Assembly (NCBI GenBank): GCA_964016885.1
Contig: OZ024750.1
Location: 22,320,001-22,384,000, forward strand
DNA from: Eledone cirrhosa
Taxonomy: Eukaryota
DNA: 64,000 bases
Direction: 5' to 3'
The notes beneath the pieces were generated by a model, which searched no databases, had not been told where the DNA came from, and saw only the letters and a program-made list of their open reading frames with translations. Shown here piece after piece: positions 1 to 33,898 of the stretch; position 1 is the stretch's first letter, and each line of letters opens with the position of its first letter. The position numbers and the translations under genes were made by a program.

Positions 1-944
1 CTCTGCCTCAGTAAGGAAATTTGACTGCTATTTCTAGGAGTTTGAGCAACTGCATAGCAGTTCGTCCCAGTTTATAGTTGATTGGCAGTGCCTGTGACCC
101 TTTTCAAGGCCTTTGAGACTGATGGGAGAGAGGAAAGTATCCTCAAACAAGACACCTGATCCAAATATTTACTACAGAGTGAACTCCAAATAAACAAGGA
201 TCAAGTGGTGGTGTTAAACTCAGCAACGGATTAAATCGACAACACAAGTCAACCACGGTTGGATTTGAACTCAGAATGCAAAGAGCCAGAATAAATCCTG
301 GAATGAATCTTGTCTGACATTCTAACAATTTCACCAATCCACCATCACTCTGGATTGGTGCTTTATATTTACTGACCTCGAAGAGATGAAAAGTAAAGTT
401 GATCTCAGCAGCATTTGAGCTCAGAGCACAGAGATTCAAAACAAATACTACAAGTTACCTCATCCAATGCTCTAGCAATACTGCCAATCCACCAGCCTTG
501 GTAACGCTCTCCCAGATTTACGGAATACATAAGGCCCTTCGCCACAACAAGGCCAGACCCAGGAGGAGGACTGGACTGGACTGGTATTTTTTATTATTAT
601 TTTGATACAAGACATTTTATTCAAAACTCTAACAATTCTATCCAATCCACCACCCTCAACTGGGATGTTATGCAATCATCCCCGAAAGGCTGAGAAGTAA
701 AGTTAACCTCAGTAGAATTTGAAGTCAGAATACAGAGAGAATTAGTACAAATACCACAGGACACTTTGTCCTACACTTAAACAATTCTGCCAATTAATCA
801 CCTATTTTCTTCATACCAGATCAAGATCATGGAGAAGAAAATAAACAAGTTGGTAATATTTGATAGATACAAAAACACAAAAGGGAGAGGAATATGAAAA
901 AATCGGTATAAAAAAAGAAAAAAAAACATTTTTTAAATTCTCAC

Positions 945-22098
<21,154 letters not shown>

Positions 22099-22159
22099 TT
22101 TTTTCTTTAACAGAACGAATTAGCAATTAAATTCTATAACAATTTACACACAGACATTT

Positions 22160-22232
22160 GTAAACATGTGCGCCGGTTGATGAACCGGAAGTTTGAAACA
22201 TCCACTTCCTGTTATGAAAGAAGTCCGGAGCT
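22160..22232 (-). promoter_or_regulatory. Probable POLR3B core promoter with two oppositely oriented ETS/GABP-type sites
   Basis: ACCGGAAGT at 22184-22192 and ACTTCCTGT at 22204-22212, in a local CpG-enriched patch ~90-110 nt upstream of the ATG. Confidence 0.6.
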
Positions 22233-23346
22233 TTTATAAGATAATTAGTGGTCCAGTGAAAGCTGCCACAACGTATGTAACCTAAGTCTTTTACCAGTTG
22301 TAGTAGATCTACATTTTACCCCTGCCTTGAGTCTATTACTAGCTTTGTATGGACTATGGACCAGGTTGATAATTTTCCCATGTGATTATTTTAAATTATC
22401 TAATCAATGAATAATCGTGAAATATAACTGGAAATAAAATTTATGCCTATCGCAACATTTTAAAAGTTGACTCTTCAAAAGCATTTATTTGTGTAAAGAA
22501 ATTATAATCCAACTGTCACACAAAACAAATCCGACATATAGGAAGGGAGACAAAACGTGTTGGCTTATTGATCACTTTTTCAAGCAGGAGTTATCTCCTC
22601 ATACCATTCATAGCATTACATGATGTCCAACACTACCAATCCACTGCCCTCATTTATAATAATGTAAATAATTGAAATTCAACTATTGATTTCTAATAAA
22701 AGCATATGGTTACAAATTTGAAGAAAGGGGTATAGTTAATTATATTGACCCCATGATTTTATTTATACTTATTTTAACGACCCCGAAAGGACGAAACGCA
22801 AAGTTGATCTTAGTTCGGATTCGAAAACAGAATATTCGATGTAGCAGCGCCACCGACAACGAAAGTTTTGTCATCGCTGGAGATTAAAAATGAGAAACAC
22901 GGCGATACAATTACATAAAGTCTATTAGTTTCATGTTTGCTAGAAAACGAAAAGAATGTCTCTGAGGAATTCTTTTTCCCATTTCCATTTCCAACAAGCG
23001 TGAAACTACTTTCGCTGCTGTCTTTCGCTCTGGCGTTGGCTCGGTTGTTCTTTTACATTTTCTTTAATATTGTAACATTAAAAGAATATATCAATTTGTA
23101 ATGTTATTAAAAGAATATATCAATTTGTAAGCATTTGTTATGTTATTTATGTATATATTTAAAACATATTTGTTATGTTATTCTACTGTAAATTTATTTA
23201 TATGCTCTGTTTATATTTTCATTCTGAAAGAATTGCAAACCATTTGTAATGTTATTTATATAACTGAATAAAATTACTTTCTATAATTGTATCTCTGTGT
23301 TTGTCGTTTATTATCTTCAACTACATATATATATGTGTGTGAGTAT

Positions 23347-23437
<91 letters not shown>

Positions 23438-25869
23438 TAGCTCAAAACATTCATAACGAGACTTGTACATGTTTATTATACATAAACATATCGTATATCT
23501 TGTTATACATATATACACCTCTATTGTGAACTCTGTTATGTTATTGCTACTCTGTGTGTGTGTATGAGTGTGTGTGTGTGTATGGGTGTGTGTGCGTGTG
23601 CGTGCGTGTGTATGTGTCTGCGTATCTGTGTACACTTGGGCCTGTCCTAACGTGTCGTCCTGTAACGACATAGTTTCCTTGACGATATCGATTGACATTT
23701 CCTCATTACCAGAGACGGAGAAAAACCCTTCAGTTTCAACGATAGTCCCAATATTAGACACGATCATCCTCATTTCTTTCCTAGCTCTATTGTTATATAA
23801 TTTCTCACCCTTTTAATCATCATCATCATCATCATCATCACCATTATCTTGACCATCATCAACATGCGTGGGGGATAGTATATGATGACTCATTCAATGT
23901 ACACTCTCACCCCCATCCAACCCATGTGTGTCAACATAGAAAAGCAAACGAAAAATGATAATAATTGTTTCTACTTTTGGCACAAGGCCAGCAATAATCC
24001 AGTGCATTACTGGTACTTTATTTTATCGACCCCGTAAGTATGAAAGGCAAAGTTAACCTCGGCGGGATTTGAACTCAGAATGGCAAGGGCCGTAACTCTA
24101 TGCGTCAAAGCATGGCGTCCGACCCTCTACCGATACTGCCAATCCACCGTGGTGATGCTAATGATGTGTATATAGAGAGAGATATGTGGACACACCCACA
24201 CATATCATCATCATCGCCAGCATTTTACGTCTGCATTCCACGTTGGCATGCTTCAGGGCGGACCACCCCCTTGTCAAACACCCACTCCCATCCAGCTACG
24301 TTACTGCTACTGCCCATATGTACAATAGGTGTATTCGGCCAGAGTTCATTATTTTCATAATTAATTGAAAATCATGAGCAGTGTATTTTATTAGAAATAT
24401 TGTAGTAAAATAGTTAACCCTCTTTGTAGTTACCCCCTCTGATTCTATGAAACAAAACTCTCAATTGTAAAAGGTTCCTATATAAATTTAAATCTTCCAA
24501 TATAATTTGTTATAAGAACCCTTGTTAAATTATGTTACAAATACCATCTTATCATTATCATTTATGTCCGCTTTCCTTGCTGGCATTTCATCGTGACACC
24601 AGCACTACCACTCTTCAGAGTGGACTGGGTGTACTTTATCATGACACCAACTCTAACACTTTACAGGGTATACTGGGTGTTTTTTTATCGTGGCACCTGG
24701 GCTAGAGAGGTTATCACATAGGTCAGACTGAAGAGTCCTCTCAAACGCTACATTGTCTCTGGTCTCTCACCACGTCTACTTTAGATTGTCACTACATTTA
24801 CTTTTAATGAAATAATTTATGATTTGAGTAAATCCCATAATTATTTCAAATACAGTGTGTTTCATTAGAAATACGGTCCCAAAATGATTAAGCCGTATAA
24901 GTGACTTAAAACAATTATCCTTGAATGTCAATGTTTTTGTATGCAACCACGTTTTGTTATTAAAACACAATAGACATAAAATTACTATGAGCACCATCAG
25001 TGCCAATACCTGTACTTGACAAATTAACAATAGATTTATGAATAGAATGACATTTTAACTACATTTTAACTACCTGCTGGGATCGACAAAATTTGTCTTT
25101 GTTATTAGGCTTGACATCTGACCCAATAAACCAGAAGGAATAATTCTGAAATATTGTTAAATCTCCATCGGTTACAATTACGAGTGACCAATAGAACAGC
25201 TTGCCGTGAAATTAACGTACAAATGGCTGAGTATTCCACAGACGCCTGTATTCTTTGTGTAGTTTGAAGGGAGGTTCAGCGAGACACATTGTTTGATAAA
25301 GCTGGCTCTTTGAATTACACGTACAACGCACATAACACCTGAATAAATGTAATGAAACTTTGACACCTGGTCCATGCTTGTATCAGTAGAGGGTTCGACG
25401 CCAGGCCTTGCAGCATAGAGTTACGGCCCCTTGCGGTCTGAGTTCAAATCCCGCCGAGGTTAGCGTTGCCTTTCATCCTTACGGGGGTCGATAATATAAA
25501 GTACTAGTAATGTACTGGGATAATTGGTGGGTTTGCTGGCTTTGTCCCAAAAGTAGAAACAATTATTATTATTACACTCTTCTTAGTACAACCCCAAAGA
25601 TCATACTGGAGACTCCGTATGGAGTGCTCACTGTGAACCATCAGTAACTTGACGTTACAATCCCTAAACTATATACATATATATATATAGTAATAATAAT
25701 AAATTTGAAGACTAAAATCCAAAGAGGGCTCGATGAGGATAAATATATATAAAATATATAAGAACCGTAGAGCAAATATTTATTAAAATAACAGATTAAA
25801 GTTTAAGCAAAAAATCGCAGCTTTCACCCTAATTAGAAAGTGAACAACACAGAACCCTAGACAATATTA

Positions 25870-26212
25870 TAATAATAATGAAATTATTTTGTAAAGTGCT
25901 CAGGTGCACTACAACTCGTCAAAGGTGCATGTATAGTACATAGAATAATATACAACTGCTAGGGAAGTGAATGGTGTATGAGTCATGATATACATGTATG
26001 TATGTGTGTGGAGGGGGAACATTGGGTGTAGTGTTGGCGAATCTCGGGAAGCATGGAGGTTTTAAAGGATACAGTGTCTCGACAGCTAACGACTGATGCA
26101 GGTAGTTTGTTCCATGCTTCAGCAACTCTGAGCGTGAAAAAATGTTTCCGAAAGTCATGGGAACTGTGGTGTTTTCTGACTTTGTGGGCATGCCGATGTG
26201 TGTTAGACACAT
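25870..26212 (-). mobile_element. CR1/L2-type LINE 3' end (more 3' UTR at ~33900-34140)
   Basis: RKHFFTLRVAEAWNKLPASVVSCRDTVSFK; (ATT)n tail. Confidence 0.8.
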
Positions 26213-26416
26213 GGAAATCAAAAAGGTAACATAGATTAGATCGTTCATCAGACAGAGAGTTTATGAAGATCTAGATGTATGTTAATATTGTCTGGGGTAA
26301 TGGAATAGTTATATATTGGTAATGGAATAGTTATATATTGTGTTGCTCACTTTCTAATTAAATAGCTCTGTTCTATACATAGAGCATTCTTTTTCCCCTT
26401 TGCTTTTTCTTATATA

Positions 26417-26457
<41 letters not shown>

Positions 26458-26707
26458 GCTTCATGTGTTATTAGTATTTTTAGCACAATAGGATTTTGTA
26501 TACATGCTTGTTTGGAAAATTCTTTCGAAGAATTATGAAACATAACCTTTTGTACTGTTTATTATAATAATGTATTGTATTTTGAGCTGTTTTTAACTTC
26601 TCCACTTATGTTTCTAGTTTTTTTTATATTGTTTTTGTAAAAAACGCGATATCGTTTATATATATATATATATATACGTATGTATGTATGTATGTATGTA
26701 AGTATGT

Positions 26708-27315
26708 CAGGTCACCAGTTGGTGCTACTGGTAACATGTATCCCAGTACAACCTGTCTCATGGTCGGGTCGTTGGCGACTAAACTGGCAACCCCACCAAG
26801 GTTTCTTGGTGAGGAGGGTGACTTTGGACATCCTGCAGGACTAAAAACAAAACCTGTCAAAGGGAAAAGGAGCTCTTAAGAGTCAATGGCCATCCAAAAT
26901 CACAGGGAGAGATGACCCCTTAGCCTTTGTCAAGGCAGAATTCTAGGAGAAGGAAAACTCTGATATAACACCTGCAACCCTGATGGTATCCAATGATGTT
27001 GACTTGTTCTTCTTTTTGGTAAATATCATCTTGGTTAAGAGAGTGGGACTGGCTTTGTGCAGTGCCTTTGCTCACTATAAAAGCTTCACGGCACAGGCAT
27101 TGCTTTATATCTGGAGATCTCTCTGCACTTGTCCTCACATGGTACCATGGGCCCAGCACTATGTGTCAATAATTGTCACAAGTGTAGTGTTTGTACCAGA
27201 GTTTTCAAGTCGCTGGCTGGACTAAAAAGTCACACTCGTTCAGCGTATCGGTAGGGGTTCTCCTACATGGATATATAGTAGTGGCCGTACTCGAAGACGA
27301 GTTGGCAGCCACCAT
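26708..27315 (+). mobile_element. Non-autonomous RTE-derived element (structured 5' UTR joined to 3' end), (TATG)n tail
   Basis: CTAGGAGAAGGAAAACTCTGAT RTE-type 5' UTR motif; 3' end CTCGAAGACGAG..GCAGCCACCAT shared with the RTE ORF fragment ending near 29430. Confidence 0.7.
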
Positions 27316-27373
27316 GTATGTATGTATGTATGTATGTATGTATGTATGTATGTATGTATGTATGTATGTATGT

Positions 27374-27998
27374 CGGGTCACTCTTGAGTGCTACTGATAA
27401 CATGTAACCCAGTACAACCTGTTGCATGGTAGGGTCGACGGCGACTAAACCGGCAAACCCAACAAGTTTACTTGGTTAGGAGAGGGATTTTGGACACCCT
27501 GCAGGACAAAAAACAAAACCTGACAAATGTCGAAAGAACTCATAAGAGTCAACGGCCATCCAAAAGTGTGTAAATATGTATATACACATGTACATATGTA
27601 TGTATATGTATATGTGTAGATATATGGGTGCATGTGTATGTATATGCGCGGGGACATAGAAATAGTCGGGATGGACACTCGATCGCGCGGTTAAACCCCT
27701 GGGAGTGAAGGACCCCTAGCCTTTGTCAGGGCATTCTTCTAGGAGAAGGCAACTCAGGAAACTGGGATAACTCCGATATAAAACCTGCGGCTCAGTAGTT
27801 ACCGATGATGTTGATCTTTTCTTCTTTTCGGGTTATTGCTACTGTCACTCAGAGAGTGGGATTGACTCAGTGCACAGTCTTTCCTCACTTTAAAAAATAT
27901 CTTTCATGCACAGGCATTGCACGATAGAATTAATTAATTATTATTAATAATGGTATAACGTGCAATGGTCATACTCGATAACGAGGAGGCAGCCATTA
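27374..27998 (+). mobile_element. Second, diverged copy of the same non-autonomous RTE element
   Basis: Colinear with 26708-27315; same 5' start and same 3' end; lies in (TATG)n. Confidence 0.7.
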
Positions 27999-28411
27999 TG
28001 TATGTATGTATGTTTTCTCTTTCTCTTAATTTCGAGTATATTTTTTTGACCGGCCACCTTCCTGGTGGCAAGGTTGTAAAAGAAAAGAAATTGTCATCCC
28101 TTGAATCGCAAGAATGTTTTGCAAATTTTGAAGGTGTCAGCTATCGCAGTATGTATGTATGTATGTAGACTATGAATTAGGGAGCTGCGCTTTTTGTCCG
28201 CAAATCCAAGTTCAGTCATACTTTGGTCCAAGCGGGTTGGTATATAACCCGTAGCATGTATGTATGTATGTATGTATGTATGTATGTATGTATGTTCTGG
28301 TTTTATAATTTCACAAATGTTTGCCAATAGAGAGAGAGTCGGTTTCTAACATAAATACAAGACTCTCTCTTTGGAATTTACACATCAACTAGGTAGATAT
28401 GTATGCATGTC

Positions 28412-28570
28412 CAGAGCCGTCTTAATAGCATTATAGGCCCCCGGGAAAAGCAGAGCGCTGGGGCCCCTTCCTACACAACCACTCACAGGAATAAAAATAC
28501 AAATGGGCCCCCTATCTTCGTAGGGCCCTCGGGCAATTGCCCAGCGTGCCCATGTATTAAGACGGCCCTG
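28412..28570. mobile_element. hAT-type MITE
   Basis: TIRs CAGAGCCGTCTTAAT/ATTAAGACGGCCCTG; perfect 8-bp TSD TGCATGTC. Confidence 0.85.
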
Positions 28571-28699
28571 TGCATGTCTGCATGCATACATGTGCAGGTA
28601 TAGATGTTGTTGTATGTGTGGATGCGGATGTTTTGAGTTATATGTGTGCATGTGCATATGCTTTGTATCTGTATATGTGTATATGTAGTTATTAGTATA

Positions 28700-28730
<31 letters not shown>

Positions 28731-28787
28731 TGTATGTATGTATGTATGTATGTATGTATGTATGTATGTATATATATATGTATGTAT

Positions 28788-29432
28788 GTATGGAGAGTTA
28801 GTTAAAGGAAAACGGCCTCCACATAAACCAAAAAAGAGGTATAAGGATTCGTTGAAAGCCTTCTTGAAAAACACTAACATCTCTGATGATACCTGGGAAA
28901 GCGTAGCTGTTGATCGTAATAAATGGAGAAAAACTATATACGAGGGGAAAGTTGCTTTTGAAGTATCTCGAATCGCATACGAGAAAGTAAAAAGGGATGT
29001 CAGGAAAGCTATTGCTGTTAAATTTCCAATCAGCAAAGGTCCTTCTCTGGCGCTGACATGCAGCGTCTGTGCCAGATTCTGCTTCAGCAAAGCTGGACTC
29101 GAAAGTCATCTTGGCAGTCATAAAGTGAGACCAGTGGTTGACTACCCGGCTACTGTCGGAGATGCTGCTCATCTTCCCAGTCAAGCATGTGGAAGAGAGT
29201 GTAGATCAACAGGAGGGCTCAAATGACATGCAAAAGTACATGATGTCCAACCACAGCCGGCTATTGCCAGTGAATGTTTTGGTTGCCAACTCTGTGCAGG
29301 ACATTTTAGATCATTGGCTGGGCCACATTCGATCGCAACACCGTTAATTATTAATATATGTGTGTTCTTTTTCTTCTTCTTTTTTTTTTCGTACACTGGC
29401 CATATTCGATAACGAGGGGACAGCCATCATGT
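28788..29432 (+). mobile_element. 5'-truncated RTE-clade LINE, C-terminal region with C2H2 zinc fingers
   Basis: YGELVKGKRPPHKPKKRYKDSLK...WESVAVDRNKWR...CSVCARFCFSKAGLESHLGSH; later stop codons; (TATG)n tail. Confidence 0.85.
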
Positions 29433-31047
29433 ATGTATGCATGTGTGTATGTGTATATCCATATAATTAATAAGATAAATGAATAAATAATTGCTGTAAT
29501 ATGAATGAATTAAAATCTATTCATTTCGCAGCTATTTTGAGCTACTGCTTTGTCTTAGTGTGAAGATGAAAGCTTTATACGAGTTAACGTGATGCTTTAA
29601 ACGTGTCTTGACGAAATGAACAGTAACAGCAATAGCAACGTTTACAAACTGTTTATAACTACAGGGCATCTCTACAGATGTATTTAAACCATTGAGAAAG
29701 GGACTTACATCAAGAAAAGATCTTTAGAAATTTTTAAACAAAAGAAAAAAGGGAGTCAGTAAACAAAGGAGCCTCTCATGCATATTCTTCATACTTTAAA
29801 TATAATTCATTTATGCCCTATATACGTGGAATAAATACACTTTAATACTTCAAACACTGAATTTGTTTTTTCATAGCGTTTTTTTTTTTTTTTTAATGAA
29901 AGTTTGCACAGATCCACGGTTTAAATTCGAGTATACTTCCATTATTGTAAATATAGTTCCGTTAGTTAATTGCTATTTTTTACTGAATACTTTAAATTTG
30001 TGTTTATAGTAGGCTAAACATAAACTCAGGAATTTATTCATCGTGGTTTCCTATTTTATGTTAAAAAATAACATCAATCAGGATAATGTCAAAGATTTTC
30101 AATAGAAACTTGAATTGATAAAAATAAAATGTTTGTTTTTTTTTCATATTTATATATTATTTATTTATTTATTTCAATATAATCGTAATCTACGTCTTCA
30201 AATTTTCATTAACAAATATGCACTATTAAAAAAGGTTAAGAAGAAAGAAAATCGTTGTAGTGGGTTTACTAAGCTGCATATGACAGTGAGATGACGTTTA
30301 GCTTTTGTTATGGGTTGTTTGTTTTGGGGGGTCTTTATGATAAAAGAAAAAATATTTTTATTTAATGTCATCGAAGATGAAATATAAATACGCTTCAACT
30401 CTGTTCAAATATAACAATAGAATCTCTCGATGTTATGAATAGCCATTGACATTGCATGAAAATAACTGAGACATGCTACCTTTGTAAAAGGTAGCATGCC
30501 TCAGTTATTTGAATTAAACGTCACTGGGCGTTATATGATGTCACTATTGAATTAAATTGTTATATGTAGTCTTTACTACTGAACGTACTATTGCTATTGT
30601 TAGTAAACACGTGTACAGCGAATCACGTTTTCCTGTAATCTCCTGAGATGGCAAGGGTTTCATTTTTAGCTTGCTGGCTTTAAAAAGACAATTGATTTTT
30701 ATTGCTATTTCTGCATCCAAACTAAATATTTGTTTAGTGTGTATCATAGCGTTTGGCTTAGGAAGCACGAGGGGAAAAATTTTTGAAATGTGTGCGTCCC
30801 AACGCAAATGACCAAAATAATAGTCGATCTTTATAAATAATAGTTGAGAAAATTTGATAAATTACCCTTGGAGACGGGAAATTAATGAAGAAGCGACTGC
30901 CCTGCAACACTTGGAGGCCGAGTTAGTATATTAACCACTACAATAAAGAGCCGCTGGATACAAATTGTTTTTTTTTTTTAATCCTGTAGCTAGCGTTTCC
31001 AAGACTACTTTACCCAGTTTTCTCAATTATTATTTATAGTAACCGAG

Positions 31048-31236
31048 CGGTGGATTGGCAGTATCGGTAGAGGGTCGGACGCCATGCTTTCCAGCATAGT
31101 TACGTCCCTTTGTGGTCTGAGTTCAAATCCCGCCGAGGTTAACTTTGCCTTTCATCATTACGGGGTCGATAAAATAAAGTACCAGTAATGTACTGAGTAA
31201 TTGATGGCCTTGTGCCAAAAGTAGAAATAATTATTT
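31048..31236 (+). mobile_element. tRNA-derived SINE with Nin/Deu-type central domain (copies at 14053-14240, 18180-18380, 23960-24148, 25380-25572, 41200-41447, 59070-59173 and many older ones)
   Basis: A box TGGCAGTATCGG; B box GAGTTCAAATCC; GCCTTTCATC.TTACGGGGTCGATAAAATAAAGTACCAG core; (AAT)n tail. Confidence 0.85.
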
Positions 31237-31329
31237 ATAGTAACCGACTATCATTATGGCCATTTGCGTTGGGACGCACACATTTCGAATTTTACTAGCG
31301 CTTCCTAAGTCAACTGCCTTGTTTACACT

Positions 31330-32760
31330 TCTGTCTTTTATATTGAATGGTTTCGATTTAGTACCAATTATCCGAATACAAATACTAGAGCATTCGTATA
31401 GAGACATCAGGGCAACAGCAATCTGTCGATCGATCCCATATACCTGCAGAACCTTCCACAACACGTCCCGTGGAATACGATCATATGCTTTTTCGAGGTC
31501 TACGGAATAAGCATACACCTCTTGGCAATAGTCCCATGATTTCTCAAAGACCTGCTGCATTGTGAATATTTGGTCGGCTGTGCTGCGTCTGGGACGAAAA
31601 CCATACTTGTTTGTCAGCTAGCTTGGACTCGACAATACTCCTCATCTCTTTTCCAGACTCTTAGCATTGACTTTACCGGGGATGCTTGACTAGTAGATCC
31701 CTTTATAATCGAATCAATCTTTCTTGTTTCCCTTTTTATAAATAAGGATAATCACTCCCTATTGCCATTGCTGAAGTGTCTGGCTAGAGATCCAGGCCGG
31801 CCGAATTTCATCCTCCCCAGTTGAGCTCTTTAATTGCTCTTGTGACCTCAGCCTCCGAGGGGTTAATCATCGCTCCCAGATGCACCTCGTGCACACCAGG
31901 AGATGTTGTTGTGACCGAGTTTAGATCAGCAAAGTATTCTCTCCACCACGAGAGGATGCACCTCTCTGAAAAGACGAGAATCCCAGACGTACTCCTGACA
32001 GCAGGCGTGAATGAGGACTTCTTATGACGAAATTCGCGGATGGTCTGCCAGAACACCAGCGTAACCTCAAAGACCTGCCATGTCTTAACTTTAAACATCT
32101 TTACAGTCTCTGATATGACCTTTCGCAACTGCTTGTACCGCAAGTGAAAGGGGGAAGATTTATTTCTAAGCCAGGCTTTGTAGGCTTCATTCTTTGCTTT
32201 CTTTGCTCGGCTGAAACTGCTTTCGCCCACAGCATTTAACAGCTGAAACAGAAACTGTCGAGCAGGACAGCCTCCAGCCTCCATTGCGTTTCAACGTTCT
32301 CAGTTTGCTTAGGGAGTTCTCTAAATTTAGATACTATAGTATCCGCAAACCTGTTGCTGACTTCCGTAACTGGCAGCTCTTCTTACTTTATTCTGTAGGC
32401 CAGGCATGTCAAATCCAGGGTGCCTCGAGGACCACATGGGTCACATATGTGTTGTCTGAGGGCCGCACACGACAACTAATTGCGTACATTACTACTATTT
32501 TTTATTTATTTTATATTACGAAGATAAAACATGCTCGCGCTGTAAAAACCTTTGTGTGGGCCGCAGGTGTGCTTGTAAAGGGCCACATGTTTGATATGCC
32601 TGCTGTAGCTGGACCTGCAAGTTTTGTGGGCTTTCGTGGCTTTATGCAGTCTTAGGTTGCAGATACTTGGATGGTGATCAGTTGACAGCTCAGCTCCTCT
32701 CTTAACACGAACATCCAAGCACTTAATTGAAGAGATCAGTGACAATAACAAAATCAATCA
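31330..32760 (-). mobile_element. Degenerate RTE LINE (endonuclease end to RT)
   Basis: LDVRVKRGAELSTDHH; GFRPRRSTADQIFTMQQVFEKSW..VDLEKAYDRIPRDVLW; frameshifts. Confidence 0.88.
32401..32602. mobile_element. hAT/Charlie-type MITE inserted in the RTE relic
   Basis: TIRs CAGGCATGTCAAA/TTTGATATGCCTG; imperfect 8-bp TSD CTGTAGGC/CTGTAGCT. Confidence 0.75.
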
Positions 32761-33099
32761 TCGCTCTGAAAATTACGTTGAGGTGTTGACGTGCCTCTGG
32801 AATGCTCAGGCACTTCCATGTTAGTTTCATGAACAGGCCATTCCATTGAAGGAACAATTGGAACATTCATTGTTGAAACTGTGGAGGTCTATATACTAAT
32901 GTTCCTGGCTTAAGGAATAATATAGAAATATCGATCTCTTGTATAGGGATAAAGTTAAATATTGTGCAAGAAGCGGTATAATTGATGATATCGATGATAT
33001 CAAGTACCAGTACCAGTATTAGGAAGAAGAAATCTGTGTGGTTGCTCGGGCAGCTAGAAATAGCAGTCTAAATTCCTTTAAATTACATCCTACCAGCTT

Positions 33100-33898
33100 A
33101 AATAATTATTTCTGAAATTGGCACAAAACCAACAATTTGAGGGGAGGGGAAAGTCAATTACATCGACCCCAGTACTTAATTAGTACTTCATTTTATCCAT
33201 TCTCTAAAGACGAAAGGCAAAGTTGACCTTAGCGGGATATGAACTCAAAATGTAGGCAGTCGTAACCAAATACTGCAAAGCAGTTTGTCCGACGCTCTAC
33301 CGATATTGCCAATCTACCAGAACCAGCTTAAATAATAATTGTTTCTAGTTTTGGCACAAGGCCAGCAATTAACCAGTGTATTACTGGTACTTTATTTTAT
33401 CGACCCCATAAGGATGAAAGGCAAGGTTAACCTCGGCGGGATTTGAACTCAGAATGGTAAGGGCTAAGGGCCGTAACTCTATGCGTCAAAGCATGGCGTC
33501 CGACCCTCTACCGATACTGCCAATCCACCAGCTTAAATAATAATAATAATAATTGTTTCTACTTTTGGCACAAGGCCAGCAATTATTCCAGTGCATTACT
33601 GGTACTTTATTTTATCGACCCCCGTAAGGATGAAAGACAAAGTTTACCTCGGCGGGATTTGAACTCAGACTATAAAGGGCCGTAACTCTTTGCTGCAAAC
33701 CGTGGCGTTCGACCCTCTACCGATACTACCAATCCACCGCCCTCATAATAATAATAATAATTGTTTCTACTTTAGGCACAAGGCCAGCAATTACCCAGTA
33801 CATTACTGGTACTTTATTTTATCGACCTCGTAAGGATGAAAAGCAAAGTCAACCTCGGCGGGATTTGAACTCAGACTGTAAAGGGACGTAACTATGCT
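33100..33898 (-). mobile_element. Head-to-tail stack of four copies of the tRNA-derived SINE
   Basis: Units start near 33103, 33332, 33536 and 33745; CCAGCTTAAATAAT recurs at three junctions. Confidence 0.85.

Noticed and set aside
26710-26850. HDV-like ribozyme using P1 GGTCACC/GGTGACT
   Set aside because: The pairing is not preserved in the other two copies and no L3/P1.1 elements fit
31048-31135. tRNA genes
   Set aside because: The A and B boxes belong to SINE heads; no cloverleaf and over-long box spacing
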